Positions 49,635 through 58,843 of a stretch of DNA of 64,000 nucleotides are shown here, piece by piece. The notes under the pieces were generated by a model. It saw only the letters and a list, made by a program, of their open reading frames with translations, made no database searches and was not told where the DNA came from. Each line of letters starts with the position of its first letter. Within the stretch, counting starts at the first letter, position 1. The stretch is from Candidatus Poribacteria bacterium (GTDB lineage: Bacteria > Poribacteria > WGA-4E > GCA-2687025): contig OY762492.1 of the NCBI GenBank assembly GCA_963665845.2, forward strand, positions 1,184,001 to 1,248,000, read 5' to 3'. A program made the position numbers and the translations under genes.

Positions 49635-50764
49635 ACAGCAAACATCTGCCCATACGCGACGAACGCCTGTTACCCATCCACGAAAAGGCGATGGACGAAC
49701 GCCGACTCTCCTTTGAGGACGGCATGACGCTTTACGACACGAACGACTTGAACGGCGTCGGCTACATGGCGAACATCGTCCGCGAACGCAAAAACGGCAA
49801 CAAGGCGTACTGGGTGCGCAATCAGCATATCAATTACACGAATATATGCGATAAATTCTGCAAATTCTGCTCTTTTTATGCCAAAAAGAACGGACCGAAA
49901 GCGTACACGCTCAATATGGAGCAGATACGCGAGCGGCTTTACGCCCACATTGAACAGCCCATCACCGAAATTCATATCGTCGGCGGCATCCATCCGCGCC
50001 TGCCGTATGAGTATTATCTGGAGCTGCTGGAGACGGTGCGGGAGGTTCGCCCCGACGCGCATATCAAGGCGTTCACGATGATTGAGCTGCAGCAGATTCA
50101 GAAGGTCGCGCAAAAGCCGATGGAGGATATCTTGATAGAACTGCGCGAAGCGGGACTCGGCTCGCTGCCCGGCGGCGGCGTGGAGGTGTTGAGCGACCGC
50201 CTCCACGAAGAGCTGTTCGACCGAAAACTGGACGGGGACGAGTGGCTTGAAACGGCGCGGACAGCGCACAACCTCGGCTTCCGCTCCAATGTCACGATGC
50301 TGTACGGGCATGTGGAGCGCCCTGAAGAGCGGGTTGAGCATCTTGTAAAACTGCGGGAGCTGCAGGACGAAACGGGCGGCTTCTTGACCTTCATACCGCT
50401 CTCGTTCCACCCGGAAGGCACCGACCTGACGCATTGCCCGACCGTCACAGGCTTTGACGATCTGCGCAATATCGCGGTCGGGCGGCTCATGTTTGACAAT
50501 GTTCCGCATGTGAAGTCGTTCTGGATCATGAACACGGCGCCCGTGACGCAGGCGGCGCTCTGGTACGGCGCCGACGACACGGACGGCACCATCCATGAGT
50601 ATGAGATCACGCGCGATCCTGAAACGGATACGCGGCAGGTTCTCACAAAGCAGCAGCTGGTCGAGATGATTGTCGAGGCGGGCAGGGAGCCTGTGGAGCG
50701 CGACACCTTATACAACGTCATCTCAACGGAGGAGGCGCCTGCCGCGGCTGTCTCCGCCTTGTAG
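49631..50764 (+). CDS. mqnE: Aminofutalosine synthase (CofH/MqnE radical SAM)
   Basis: HINYTNICDKFCKFC (CxxxCxxC), HIKAFT..E, PGGG.E, MLYGHVE, GADD.DGT. Confidence 0.85.
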   Translation: MNSKHLPIRDERLLPIHEKAMDERRLSFEDGMTLYDTNDLNGVGYMANIVRERKNGNKAYWVRNQHINYTNICDKFCKFCSFYAKKNGPKAYTLNMEQIRERLYAHIEQPITEIHIVGGIHPRLPYEYYLELLETVREVRPDAHIKAFTMIELQQIQKVAQKPMEDILIELREAGLGSLPGGGVEVLSDRLHEELFDRKLDGDEWLETARTAHNLGFRSNVTMLYGHVERPEERVEHLVKLRELQDETGGFLTFIPLSFHPEGTDLTHCPTVTGFDDLRNIAVGRLMFDNVPHVKSFWIMNTAPVTQAALWYGADDTDGTIHEYEITRDPETDTRQVLTKQQLVEMIVEAGREPVERDTLYNVISTEEAPAAAVSAL

Positions 50765-50773
50765 GTTCGGTTC

Positions 50774-51598
50774 ATGATTCCCGCGCTTGAGAGAAACCGC
50801 ATCGTTCACGGCGATTCGTGGAAGCTGACGCCGCTGCTGCCGGACGAATCGGTTGACCTCATTGTGTGCGACGGCCCATACGGCGTCACGCGCCATCCGT
50901 GGGATCAGATCGAGAATATCCAGCAGTACAACCTAGACCTCATCAAGAGCTTTGCGCCGAAACTGAAACAGGGCGGCGCGCTGTATCTGTTCGGGAAGCC
51001 GAACTGCATCGACTTCATCGATTACCGCCCCTATCTCAATCTGAAGTCGCGCATCGTCTGGTATCAGCCGAGCAGGTTGTCTCAAGGCAGAATCCGTTTT
51101 ACGAACAATTACGACATTATCTGCTATTTCATCAAGGGCGACCGGCCGCGGCGGTACAACCTGGACGCCATTCGAGTTCCGCAGCTGGTGGAGCTGGAGC
51201 ATCGCCTTCGGTGCGAACAGGTTCCGTCCGTCCGGAGCGGAAAATTCGGCGGGACAAAATTCAACGAAAAAGGCAAAAATCCCGGCGACGTCTGGGGCGA
51301 CATCAAGCAGCTCACCTACAAATCCAAGGAGCTGGCGCGGCGCGACGCGCTCAACACGATTCAGAAACCTGAAAAGCTGATGGAGCGGATTGTGCTGGCA
51401 AGCTCAGACGAAGGCGATCTGGTGTACGATCCGTTCGCCGGCGTCGGGACATGCCCGCTCGTGTGCCAACGGCACGGCAGAGACTTTATCGCGGTTGAGA
51501 TCAATGCGGAGTATGTGGAGTTGGGGAATGATCGGCTGAATTTAGCAAAACCGCTCTTGCGCGAATCTGATCGCGCCAGTCAAAGCTATTTTGAATAA
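50774..51598 (+). CDS. Orphan beta-class N6/N4 DNA methyltransferase
   Basis: LIVCDGPY (motif IV variant), GKNPGDVW, QKPE.L..RI, DPFAGVGT. Confidence 0.85.
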   Translation: MIPALERNRIVHGDSWKLTPLLPDESVDLIVCDGPYGVTRHPWDQIENIQQYNLDLIKSFAPKLKQGGALYLFGKPNCIDFIDYRPYLNLKSRIVWYQPSRLSQGRIRFTNNYDIICYFIKGDRPRRYNLDAIRVPQLVELEHRLRCEQVPSVRSGKFGGTKFNEKGKNPGDVWGDIKQLTYKSKELARRDALNTIQKPEKLMERIVLASSDEGDLVYDPFAGVGTCPLVCQRHGRDFIAVEINAEYVELGNDRLNLAKPLLRESDRASQSYFE

Positions 51599-51627
51599 AC
51601 GCGCGCCGTTTCTTCAGTCTCAAGGCG

Positions 51628-51793
51628 CTGACATCATGCCTAAAGTTGGGACATTTGAACCGACGATCGCTCTATTCATGGGAAAGGTTCCGCTTACCAG
51701 TCCGTCATTCCCGCGCAAGCGGGAATCCAGAGGCGTCGCAGACGACGTCCGCGTTCGCCTGCCGCCGTGTTCCAACTAGAGACGTAAGGTTAG
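51628..51793. mobile_element. MITE family A (opposite orientation, 166 bp) with 6-bp TSD AAGGCG
   Basis: TIRs ctgacatcatgcctaaagttgggacat / gtgttccaactagagacgtaaggttag; aaggcg at 51622-51627 and 51794-51799. Confidence 0.88.
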
Positions 51794-51871
51794 AAGGCGG
51801 TATGCCGTTCAGGCGCGGCAGGCGCTATAATAGGCTCGTGGGTTTCAGTTCAGCCTGTGAGGAGCCGCGCC

Positions 51872-52549
51872 TTGAAAATTCGTCTCAAAACGCTTATCTT
51901 GCTGTTGACGGCGGCGGGGGCGGTTTTTGCGCTTCTTCAAGAAGGGCGGACGCAAAGGGGAAGGCAGCCCGCGCAAACCTACTCGCCTCCCGCCGAAAAG
52001 ATGACGCCCCAAGGTTACCCAGAGCGGTACAGCATCATCGTTTCTAAAAATCTGTTCAGAAAACTGGGATGGGCGCCGAAGCCGAAACAGGAGTCGATCA
52101 ACCTCACCGGCGTCGTTGTTTCAAGGTCGGGCAACCGCGCGCTGCTCTCCTACAACGGAAAGGCGCTGTATGTGCGGGAAGGCGATTCGGTCGGCTCCGA
52201 CTACAAAGCGGCGTCCATCGCGCGCGGTTCCGTCGTCCTTGAAAAAGAATCGGGCGGGCGGCGCACATTGAAGTTGGATGAAAAGGTGGTGAGCGCCGGC
52301 GCGCCCGCCTCGTCCGTCCCCAAAAGCGTCTCCGCATCGAAGCGAAGCGCTTCCTCCAACAAAAAAAGAACGCGCGACTTCCGCTGGCGTCCGCCCAAAG
52401 GCGCCACCGGAACCGAAATCTTTGAAATGATCATGAAGCGCGAAGGATACACATGGGACGATGTGAAACGCAACCCGCAACTGGGCGGCGAACTGAAGAA
52501 AGAATACAGCTACGTATTTGAAGAGATGTCAGGCGGAGAGAAGAAATAA
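51872..52549 (+). CDS. Membrane-anchored hypothetical protein, GspC/PilP-like domain possible
   Basis: N-terminal TM; KNLF, L.GVV.....ALL......V.EGD.V...Y....I....VVL pattern; TATAAT at 51826. Confidence 0.55.
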   Translation: MKIRLKTLILLLTAAGAVFALLQEGRTQRGRQPAQTYSPPAEKMTPQGYPERYSIIVSKNLFRKLGWAPKPKQESINLTGVVVSRSGNRALLSYNGKALYVREGDSVGSDYKAASIARGSVVLEKESGGRRTLKLDEKVVSAGAPASSVPKSVSASKRSASSNKKRTRDFRWRPPKGATGTEIFEMIMKREGYTWDDVKRNPQLGGELKKEYSYVFEEMSGGEKK

Positions 52550-52563
52550 ACGGCGGAGCGGCG

Positions 52564-53592
52564 GTAAGCATAAGAGAACGCGCCGAGGCGGACGAAGAGA
52601 AGCGTCTGTCCCCGTTTGCGTCTAAAAGCGGGCGTTCCAAGGGGCGCGCCGTTGTTGAAACGCCCTGCCCGATCCGCACCGAGTTTCAGCGCGACCGCGA
52701 CCGCATTCTGCATTGCAAGTCGTTTCGTCGGCTCAAAGGCAAAACGCAGGTGTATCTGAACCCGTCGGGCGACCATTTTCGCACGCGGTTGACGCACACG
52801 CTGGAGGTTGCGCAGATCGCGCGCACCATCGCGCGCAGCCTCCGCCTGAACGAAGACCTGACCGAGGCGGCCGCTCTTGGGCATGACCTCGGACATGCGC
52901 CGTTTGGACATGCGGGCGAAGAGGCGCTGAACAGCGCCGTCCCCTGCGGATTTAAGCATGACGAGCAGTCGCTGCGCATCGTCGAGACGCTGGAAAAGGA
53001 TGGGCGCGGGTTGAACCTAACCTACGAAACGCGGCGCGGCATACAGGAGCATTCTAAGGGCGGCGGCGCCATTTTTGACGGCGGAGCGGACAACACGCTG
53101 GAGGGGGCGGCGGTGCGCGTCGCCGACGCCATCGCGTATCTGAACCATGACATCGAGGACGCGGTTCGGGCTGGCGCCTTGCGCATGGAGGAGCTGCCGA
53201 AGGAGCCGATGGCGGCGCTGGGGTCAAACCGTTCGATGCGCATCGGGCGGATGGTCGGCGCGGTCATCGAATGGAGCGAGGGGAAAGACGCGGTCGGAAT
53301 GCGTCCGGACATACTGGAAGCGACCGAGGCGTTGAAGCGGTTTATGTATGCGCATGTGTATCCGCCCAGCGGCGGCGGGGGAGGCGAGATTGCGAAGGCG
53401 AAGGCGGTTGTGGCGGCGCTGGCGGAGCATTATATGCGTTTCCCTGAGGAGATGCCGGCGCTGTATCGGCGGGCGGCTGAAGCGGAGGGGCGCGGCCGCG
53501 CCGCCGCCGATTATGTTTCAGGGATGACGGATCGGTTCGCGCTGGAGACGCATGACGCGCTCTTTCGCCCGCGCGTTTGGAGTTCGATTTAG
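52564..53592 (+). CDS. dgt: Deoxyguanosinetriphosphate triphosphohydrolase-like HD protein
   Basis: Frame extends upstream of the track's 52750 start: SIRERAEADEEKRLSPFA...RTEFQRDRDRILHCKSFRRLKGKTQV, RTRLTHTLEV, HDLGH.PFGH, DYVSGMTD; start codon non-canonical and uncertain. Confidence 0.88.
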   Translation, partial: VSIRERAEADEEKRLSPFASKSGRSKGRAVVETPCPIRTEFQRDRDRILHCKSFRRLKGKTQVYLNPSGDHFRTRLTHTLEVAQIARTIARSLRLNEDLTEAAALGHDLGHAPFGHAGEEALNSAVPCGFKHDEQSLRIVETLEKDGRGLNLTYETRRGIQEHSKGGGAIFDGGADNTLEGAAVRVADAIAYLNHDIEDAVRAGALRMEELPKEPMAALGSNRSMRIGRMVGAVIEWSEGKDAVGMRPDILEATEALKRFMYAHVYPPSGGGGGEIAKAKAVVAALAEHYMRFPEEMPALYRRAAEAEGRGRAAADYVSGMTDRFALETHDALFRPRVWSSI

Positions 53593-53614
53593 CGCCGTTT
53601 TTAAGAAAGAGATT

Positions 53615-54676
53615 ATGATGTTGAAATGGAACGCGGGAGCGGCGGCGTTTATCATGGCGGCGCTGTGGACGTTCAGCGGATGCGGGGGCGATTCATCGAC
53701 CAAAACGGCGGCTCTTCATCCGCCGACGAAGGTTTTGACGGGGCATACTGCCGCGGTCGCCGCGGTCGCCTATTCGCCGGACGGATCCGTTCTCGCCAGC
53801 GGAGCCGCTCCCATCGACAACTCCGTTCGGCTGTGGGATGCGCAGACAGGCGACTTAAAAAGAACGTTGAAAGGACATCTGAACGGCGTTCGCTCGCTGG
53901 CATTTTCGCCGGACGGGGAGACGCTCGCCAGCGCGGGCGGCGACAACTCCGTTCGGCTGTGGGATGCGCAGACAGTCGACTTAAAAAGAACGCTCAAGTG
54001 CGGTTTCCGATGCTCCGGATCGCTGTCGTTTTCGCCGGACGGGGAGACGCTAGCGGTCGGAATCGCAGAGGGCATACAGCTTTGGAGCGCTGAAACAGGC
54101 GAGCTGAATAGGACGATACCGACCGACGGAGCGGCAATCGTTGAGTTCTCGCCCGACGGCAAAACGGCGGTCGGAGCCTCCAAGTCTGCGGCGCAGCTTT
54201 GGAGCGTCGAAACGGGCGAAAAGACGGGAGAGGCGAAAGCGCAATTAGCCGGCGGAGAAGAGCTGCGGATAAAAGAGAGTTCAAACAGGACCGTACACGC
54301 TGTTGTCAACCAGATTTGGGCGTATCAGGCGGACGGCATGAAACCGATCTTTGGGACATCAAGCGGGCGGCAGCGCCTGGCGCTTTCTCCTGACAGCAAC
54401 CTGGTTGCGCGGGTGGACGACATGGACGGCTCCATCATTCTTTGGGATCTTTATGCGGTTGCGCGGCGCGCAACGTTGAGGGCGCATGAGGAGGCAAAGG
54501 AGCTTTCCTTTGCATTTTCGCCGGACGGCAAGGCGCTTGCCAGCGGCGGCAAGGACCATGCCGTGCGCATCTGGGATATGAACGATCTGCCCCCCGCTGA
54601 AAACGCGCCGCAAACGGCGCGCGAAAATTGGCCGTCCGCAAGCCGCGTTTTTCCGCCGACGCCGCATGGAGATTAA
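53615..54676 (+). CDS. WD40-repeat lipoprotein
   Basis: Lipobox FSGC; GH...FSPDG.TLAS...D..VRLWD repeats. Confidence 0.88.
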   Translation: MMLKWNAGAAAFIMAALWTFSGCGGDSSTKTAALHPPTKVLTGHTAAVAAVAYSPDGSVLASGAAPIDNSVRLWDAQTGDLKRTLKGHLNGVRSLAFSPDGETLASAGGDNSVRLWDAQTVDLKRTLKCGFRCSGSLSFSPDGETLAVGIAEGIQLWSAETGELNRTIPTDGAAIVEFSPDGKTAVGASKSAAQLWSVETGEKTGEAKAQLAGGEELRIKESSNRTVHAVVNQIWAYQADGMKPIFGTSSGRQRLALSPDSNLVARVDDMDGSIILWDLYAVARRATLRAHEEAKELSFAFSPDGKALASGGKDHAVRIWDMNDLPPAENAPQTARENWPSASRVFPPTPHGD

Positions 54677-54717
54677 CGCCGTTTCAGGAAAAAACCCGCC
54701 CGTCGCCGCATATTGTC
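54652..54717 (+). repeat. Left copy of a 66-bp direct repeat (att-like)
   Basis: Matches 55816-55881 with 3 mismatches. Confidence 0.88.
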
Positions 54718-54790
54718 GCTACTTGCGTTAGAGGCGGCTTATGATTTTAGAGAGCCGTTTTGGAATGCGGACGCTTTCTGCGAGAACTCT

Positions 54791-54891
54791 GGATTCCCGC
54801 TTGCGCGGGAATGACAAGGCGGTCAATGACAGCGGGTAGGGCGCGGGTTTCTAGACTCCCCCCTTGAAAAGGGGGGCTGGGGGGGTTTTAG
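54791..54891. repeat. REP-like family B and family C copies (reverse orientation)
   Basis: ggattcccgcttgcgcgggaatgac; cccccttgaaaaggggggctggggggg. Confidence 0.75.
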
Positions 54892-54960
54892 CCGCGCCCA
54901 AAAATAAGGAGACGCCCTATTCAAACAGGGTTTTGTATATCGTCGCCTATAGAGACTGCC

Positions 54961-55740
54961 TTATTGCATGGCTTGGAGGATTGCTCGCGCTTCGTCTTCC
55001 GCCTCTTTAAATGCCGCGTCCGCTTCGGGTCGGCTGAGCAGTTCATCCCAGGCGGCGTCCATGTTTCGTTCCGCAGCCATGATCGGTTCAAACTCCTCTC
55101 TGTAAAGCGAGGCGTTCAGCCGGACCGCTTTGTAGATATTGTTATGGGCTTTATCGGCGTCGCCGCTTTGGTAATGGATCAGCCCTCTTAAAAGGTATGC
55201 GTCCGCGCATCGATGGTCGATTTCGCATGCTTTTTTAAGATTCAAAAGCGCGTCATCGGACTTGCCGTTTTGTAAATGCGCGACGCTCAAGACGATGTAT
55301 GTCTCTGCAAGCGGACGAAGCTCGCATGATTTTTGAAGATCGCCGATTGCGAGATCCAATGGAAATCTGTTGTTGACGCTGACGTTCCACACCAAACCGA
55401 GAACGCCGCGAAACCCGTAAGAGGTTGCCAAATCCGCCGCATTTTCAGTCCCGCCGACGCTTTCTATAAGGCTAATCGCATACCCAAAATGCGCGTAGGC
55501 GTTTTGAAGATCGATCTCCGCGTCCGGCAGATTGTCTTCCGTATGATGCGCCAAGGCTCTCAAATAAGCGGACTTTCCGCTTTTAATTTTCGACTCGATT
55601 TCCTCGTTCCAGTCTACGACCTGCCGATTTATGATCGGTCGGACATGAAAATCAAACAACGGCAAAGACTCTAGTACGGGCAGAGACTCTGCAACCATTC
55701 CTGCGTCCGATCCCGTTTCAAGCGCCCGTATTTCTAACAT
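54961..55740 (-). CDS. TPR-containing hypothetical protein in an AT-richer insert
   Basis: TPR-like helices (AETY..L..AH...G..D.AL..L.KA.EID; ADAYLLRG..HY..G); own promoter TTGCAG-17-TAAAAT. Confidence 0.75.
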   Translation of the reverse strand: MLEIRALETGSDAGMVAESLPVLESLPLFDFHVRPIINRQVVDWNEEIESKIKSGKSAYLRALAHHTEDNLPDAEIDLQNAYAHFGYAISLIESVGGTENAADLATSYGFRGVLGLVWNVSVNNRFPLDLAIGDLQKSCELRPLAETYIVLSVAHLQNGKSDDALLNLKKACEIDHRCADAYLLRGLIHYQSGDADKAHNNIYKAVRLNASLYREEFEPIMAAERNMDAAWDELLSRPEADAAFKEAEDEARAILQAMQ

Positions 55741-55815
55741 CTTTCAAGTTCCAAAGTTGACCGCCATATTAGGCATTTTAACATAGAAACGCTCCGACTG
55801 CAAGGAATAGGCTTG

Positions 55816-55881
55816 TCCGCCGACGCCGCATGGAGATTAACGCCGTTTCAGGAAAAAAGCCGCCCGACGCCGCATATGGTC
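55816..55881 (+). repeat. Right copy of the 66-bp direct repeat (att-like)
   Basis: Matches 54652-54717. Confidence 0.88.
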
Positions 55882-56691
55882 CCGATTCTCTGCCGAGTTC
55901 ACGATTTCCGCCAAAAGATGCTCCCGCGTCTTCCATTCCGCCAGCTCCTGAACGCGAAAACGCTCATCGTCCGACGAGGCGGGGCGGAATAGGACCGCCT
56001 CATACGCCGCCTGCACATATTCCGCGTCCTCTTTCGGGCTGCCGACGCTTTGCCGCGTCCTGTCCATGTTCTCCGCCGAGTTCAACAGCGCTTCAAGCAG
56101 CGTTTCTCTTTCGGTCTGAACGCCCTTGCGCATCTCGTCTTCAGTCGGCGGACGGCGCAGAACGGCGCGGCACAGCGCCTCAACGTTCGCTTCCGCTGAA
56201 TGCTCCTCAAAAAAATCTTCAGGCTCATACGCCAGCTCGCGCAGCGTCTTCAAAAGCGACGCCGCCAGCCACCGCTTCATTGGCGTCGGGTCGCCGAGAG
56301 CCGCAAACGTTTCTTGATATTCGTCCCCTTCGCCCGCCGCCTCCGACTCGTCCAGCCATGCGCGGATCGCCTTCGCATACGCGATAAACCGCTCGCGCCG
56401 CTCCCGTTCAATCTGTTCAAACCGCCATAGGACATCCACCGCGGGCGCGCCTGGATAATCCAACTCGCCGACAGCGTTCAGCAGCAGGGAGAGGTTGTCG
56501 AACGCTTTGTAATGCGCGAGCGACTCAAATCGGCTGATGAGCGCGCGGACTCGCGCCGCCTCGTCTGACGCGCCGCCGAGCGCCTCCTCCATCGCGTTGA
56601 TTCGCTTGATCTCCTTGTCGGGCGCCTCCTCGCATAGAATGTTGCGCCATTGGTCCATATCCGCCTTGAACTCCTGCATTCCGCCCTCCAT
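55837..56691 (-). CDS. Hypothetical protein with two C-terminal DUF4214-like repeats
   Basis: Two copies of (Y/C).AVL.RP.......RE.LL....NSAEN. Confidence 0.7.
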   Translation of the reverse strand: MEGGMQEFKADMDQWRNILCEEAPDKEIKRINAMEEALGGASDEAARVRALISRFESLAHYKAFDNLSLLLNAVGELDYPGAPAVDVLWRFEQIERERRERFIAYAKAIRAWLDESEAAGEGDEYQETFAALGDPTPMKRWLAASLLKTLRELAYEPEDFFEEHSAEANVEALCRAVLRRPPTEDEMRKGVQTERETLLEALLNSAENMDRTRQSVGSPKEDAEYVQAAYEAVLFRPASSDDERFRVQELAEWKTREHLLAEIVNSAENRDHMRRRAAFFLKRR

Positions 56692-56789
56692 TCAACATAT
56701 TTCAACACGTCTCATGACAGCGGCGCGCTGGACGCAGTTACATAAAAACGCGATGCAGGTTAAAATGGAGGCGGGCATGGGAGCCGCTT

Positions 56790-57788
56790 TTGACCGCATA
56801 TATTTTGCGCCGCCTCGGAGCGTTATTGATCTCATTATGGGGCGTGTCGCTGCTTCTGTTTATGATGACGCACCTGATACCGGGCAATCCCGCCCGCGCG
56901 ATGCTGGGCGAGCGCGCCAACGCCGAAGCGGTCGCCAAACTGGAGCGGGAGCTGGGGCTTGACCGTCCGCTTTATGAGCAGTACGGGCGTTTTTTGGCGA
57001 ACGCGGTTCGGCTTGACTTTGGGCGCTCCATCAAAACGAAGCGGCCCGTGGCGCAGGAGCTGTGGGCGCGCTTCCCCGCGACGCTGGAGCTGACCATGTG
57101 CGCGATGGTCTTCGCCGTTGTTTTTGGGCTTCTGCTGGGGTCGTTGGCGGCGGCGCGGCGCGGAGGCGCGTTCGACTTCATCAGCATGACCGCTTCGCTC
57201 GCCGGCGTCTCCATACCGATCTACTGCCTCGGTCTGCTGCTGATTCTTCTCTTTGCGAACGGGCTGGAATGGCTCCCGAACGGCGGACGGCACAGCGAGG
57301 CTTACGCTGTCGCCGGGGCGGGGCTGATCGGGTCCCTGTTGAAGGGCGATCTGGGAGCCTTCTGGGACGCCGCCGTTCACCTGATCCTTCCGACCGTCAC
57401 GCTCGGAGCCGTGCCGTTGGCGATCATCAGCCGAATGACCCGCTCCTCGCTGCTGGAGGCGCTGGGGCAGGATTATGTGCGGACGGCGGAGGCGAAGGGG
57501 CTGCGCCCGTCGGTCGTTCTGTTTAAGCATGCGCTGCGAAACGCGCTCATACCCGTCTTGACGATCACAGGGCTGGAGTTCGGCTATCTCCTGGGCGGCG
57601 CCGTCATGACCGAGTCGATCTTCAGCTGGCCGGGCGTCGGGCGGTGGCTATGGCTGTCGGTTCTGGCGCGCGACCTGCCGGCGATACAGGGCGGCGTTCT
57701 GTTTGTCGCGCTGCTGTTTATGACGATCGTTCTGATCATGGATTTGCTGTACGCCGCCGTGGATCCGCGCATACGGGCGGCCGCATGA
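56790..57788 (+). CDS. dppB: Peptide/nickel ABC transporter permease (DppB-like)
   Basis: YILRRL, PG.PA, GLDRP...QY, DYVRTA.AKGL, H.LRNA, E.IFSWPG.G. Confidence 0.92.
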   Translation: MTAYILRRLGALLISLWGVSLLLFMMTHLIPGNPARAMLGERANAEAVAKLERELGLDRPLYEQYGRFLANAVRLDFGRSIKTKRPVAQELWARFPATLELTMCAMVFAVVFGLLLGSLAAARRGGAFDFISMTASLAGVSIPIYCLGLLLILLFANGLEWLPNGGRHSEAYAVAGAGLIGSLLKGDLGAFWDAAVHLILPTVTLGAVPLAIISRMTRSSLLEALGQDYVRTAEAKGLRPSVVLFKHALRNALIPVLTITGLEFGYLLGGAVMTESIFSWPGVGRWLWLSVLARDLPAIQGGVLFVALLFMTIVLIMDLLYAAVDPRIRAAA

Positions 57789-58642
57789 AAGGGTCCCCCA
57801 TCTGGCGCCGCATGTTGAAACATCCGTTGGCGCTTGTCGGCGCGGCGGCGCTGGCGCTGTTCGTTCTGGCGGCGCTCGTTTCGTTTGTGTACACGCCGCA
57901 TAACCCGCGCGAAGTGGATCTGGACGTTCAACATCAGAAGCCGCGCCTGATCGACTCCGACAGCCGTTACTGGCTCGGAACCGACAATGTCGGTCGGGAT
58001 ATTTTGAGCCGGACGATGGCGGGGGCGCGCATTTCGCTGCGGGTCGGCATTTTAGTGGTGGTCTGCGCGGGGCTGATCGGAAGCCTTCTCGGCGCGGTCG
58101 CGGGCTACGCGGGCGGATGGATCGACAACCTGCTCATGCGCATACTGGACATCATGATGGCGCTGCCGGGCATCTTGCTGGCGATCGTCATCGTGACGAT
58201 TCTCGGACCGAGCCTTCAGAACGCCATGATCGCGGTCACGATCGTCTCGATTCCGTTATACGCGCGGGTGATGCGCGCCGAGACGCTGCGGGTGAAGTCG
58301 CAGGAGTTTGTGGAAGCGGCGCGCGCGCTCGGCGCCTCCGACTTCCGCATCCTTGTCAGGGCAATCTTGCCGAATTGCGCCGCCCCGCTCATCGTTCAGG
58401 TCACGCTGGGTATGGGAACCGCCATTCTGGAAACGGCGGGCCTCTCCTATCTTGGACTCGGCGACGAGCCGAGCGTCCCTGAATGGGGGCGCATGATCGC
58501 CGAGGAGTTCAAGTACATACGCGAGGCTTGGTGGACGGTCATTCCGCCGCTGGCGTCCATCTCCCTGACGACGCTCGGTTTCAATCTGCTGGGCGACGGC
58601 CTCCGCGACATTCTAGATCCCCGTCTGCGGGGCCGTTCATGA
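57785..58642 (+). CDS. dppC: Peptide ABC transporter permease (DppC-like)
   Basis: LGTD..GRDILSR, EFVEAARALGA (EAA motif), FNLLGDGLRD.LDPR. Confidence 0.93.
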   Translation: MKGSPIWRRMLKHPLALVGAAALALFVLAALVSFVYTPHNPREVDLDVQHQKPRLIDSDSRYWLGTDNVGRDILSRTMAGARISLRVGILVVVCAGLIGSLLGAVAGYAGGWIDNLLMRILDIMMALPGILLAIVIVTILGPSLQNAMIAVTIVSIPLYARVMRAETLRVKSQEFVEAARALGASDFRILVRAILPNCAAPLIVQVTLGMGTAILETAGLSYLGLGDEPSVPEWGRMIAEEFKYIREAWWTVIPPLASISLTTLGFNLLGDGLRDILDPRLRGRS

Positions 58643-58727
58643 GTTGACAGGTTTTTAAAGAAGAAAAAAGGGTAGTACATACAGGCAATGATATTTATTT
58701 TGGCGCGAAGGCCCGACGATCCATGCT

Positions 58728-58751
58728 GTCATTCCCGCGCAAGCGGGAATC
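58728..58751. repeat. REP-like family B hairpin
   Basis: gtcattcccgcgcaagcgggaatc. Confidence 0.75.
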
Positions 58752-58843
58752 TTAAAAATAACATCTCCCGCTCAAACGATGTCGCCGCCCGGACGTTTGG
58801 AGAAGAGAAAGAGGCGCTAGCATAACGGAAAAGGAGCAGGTTT

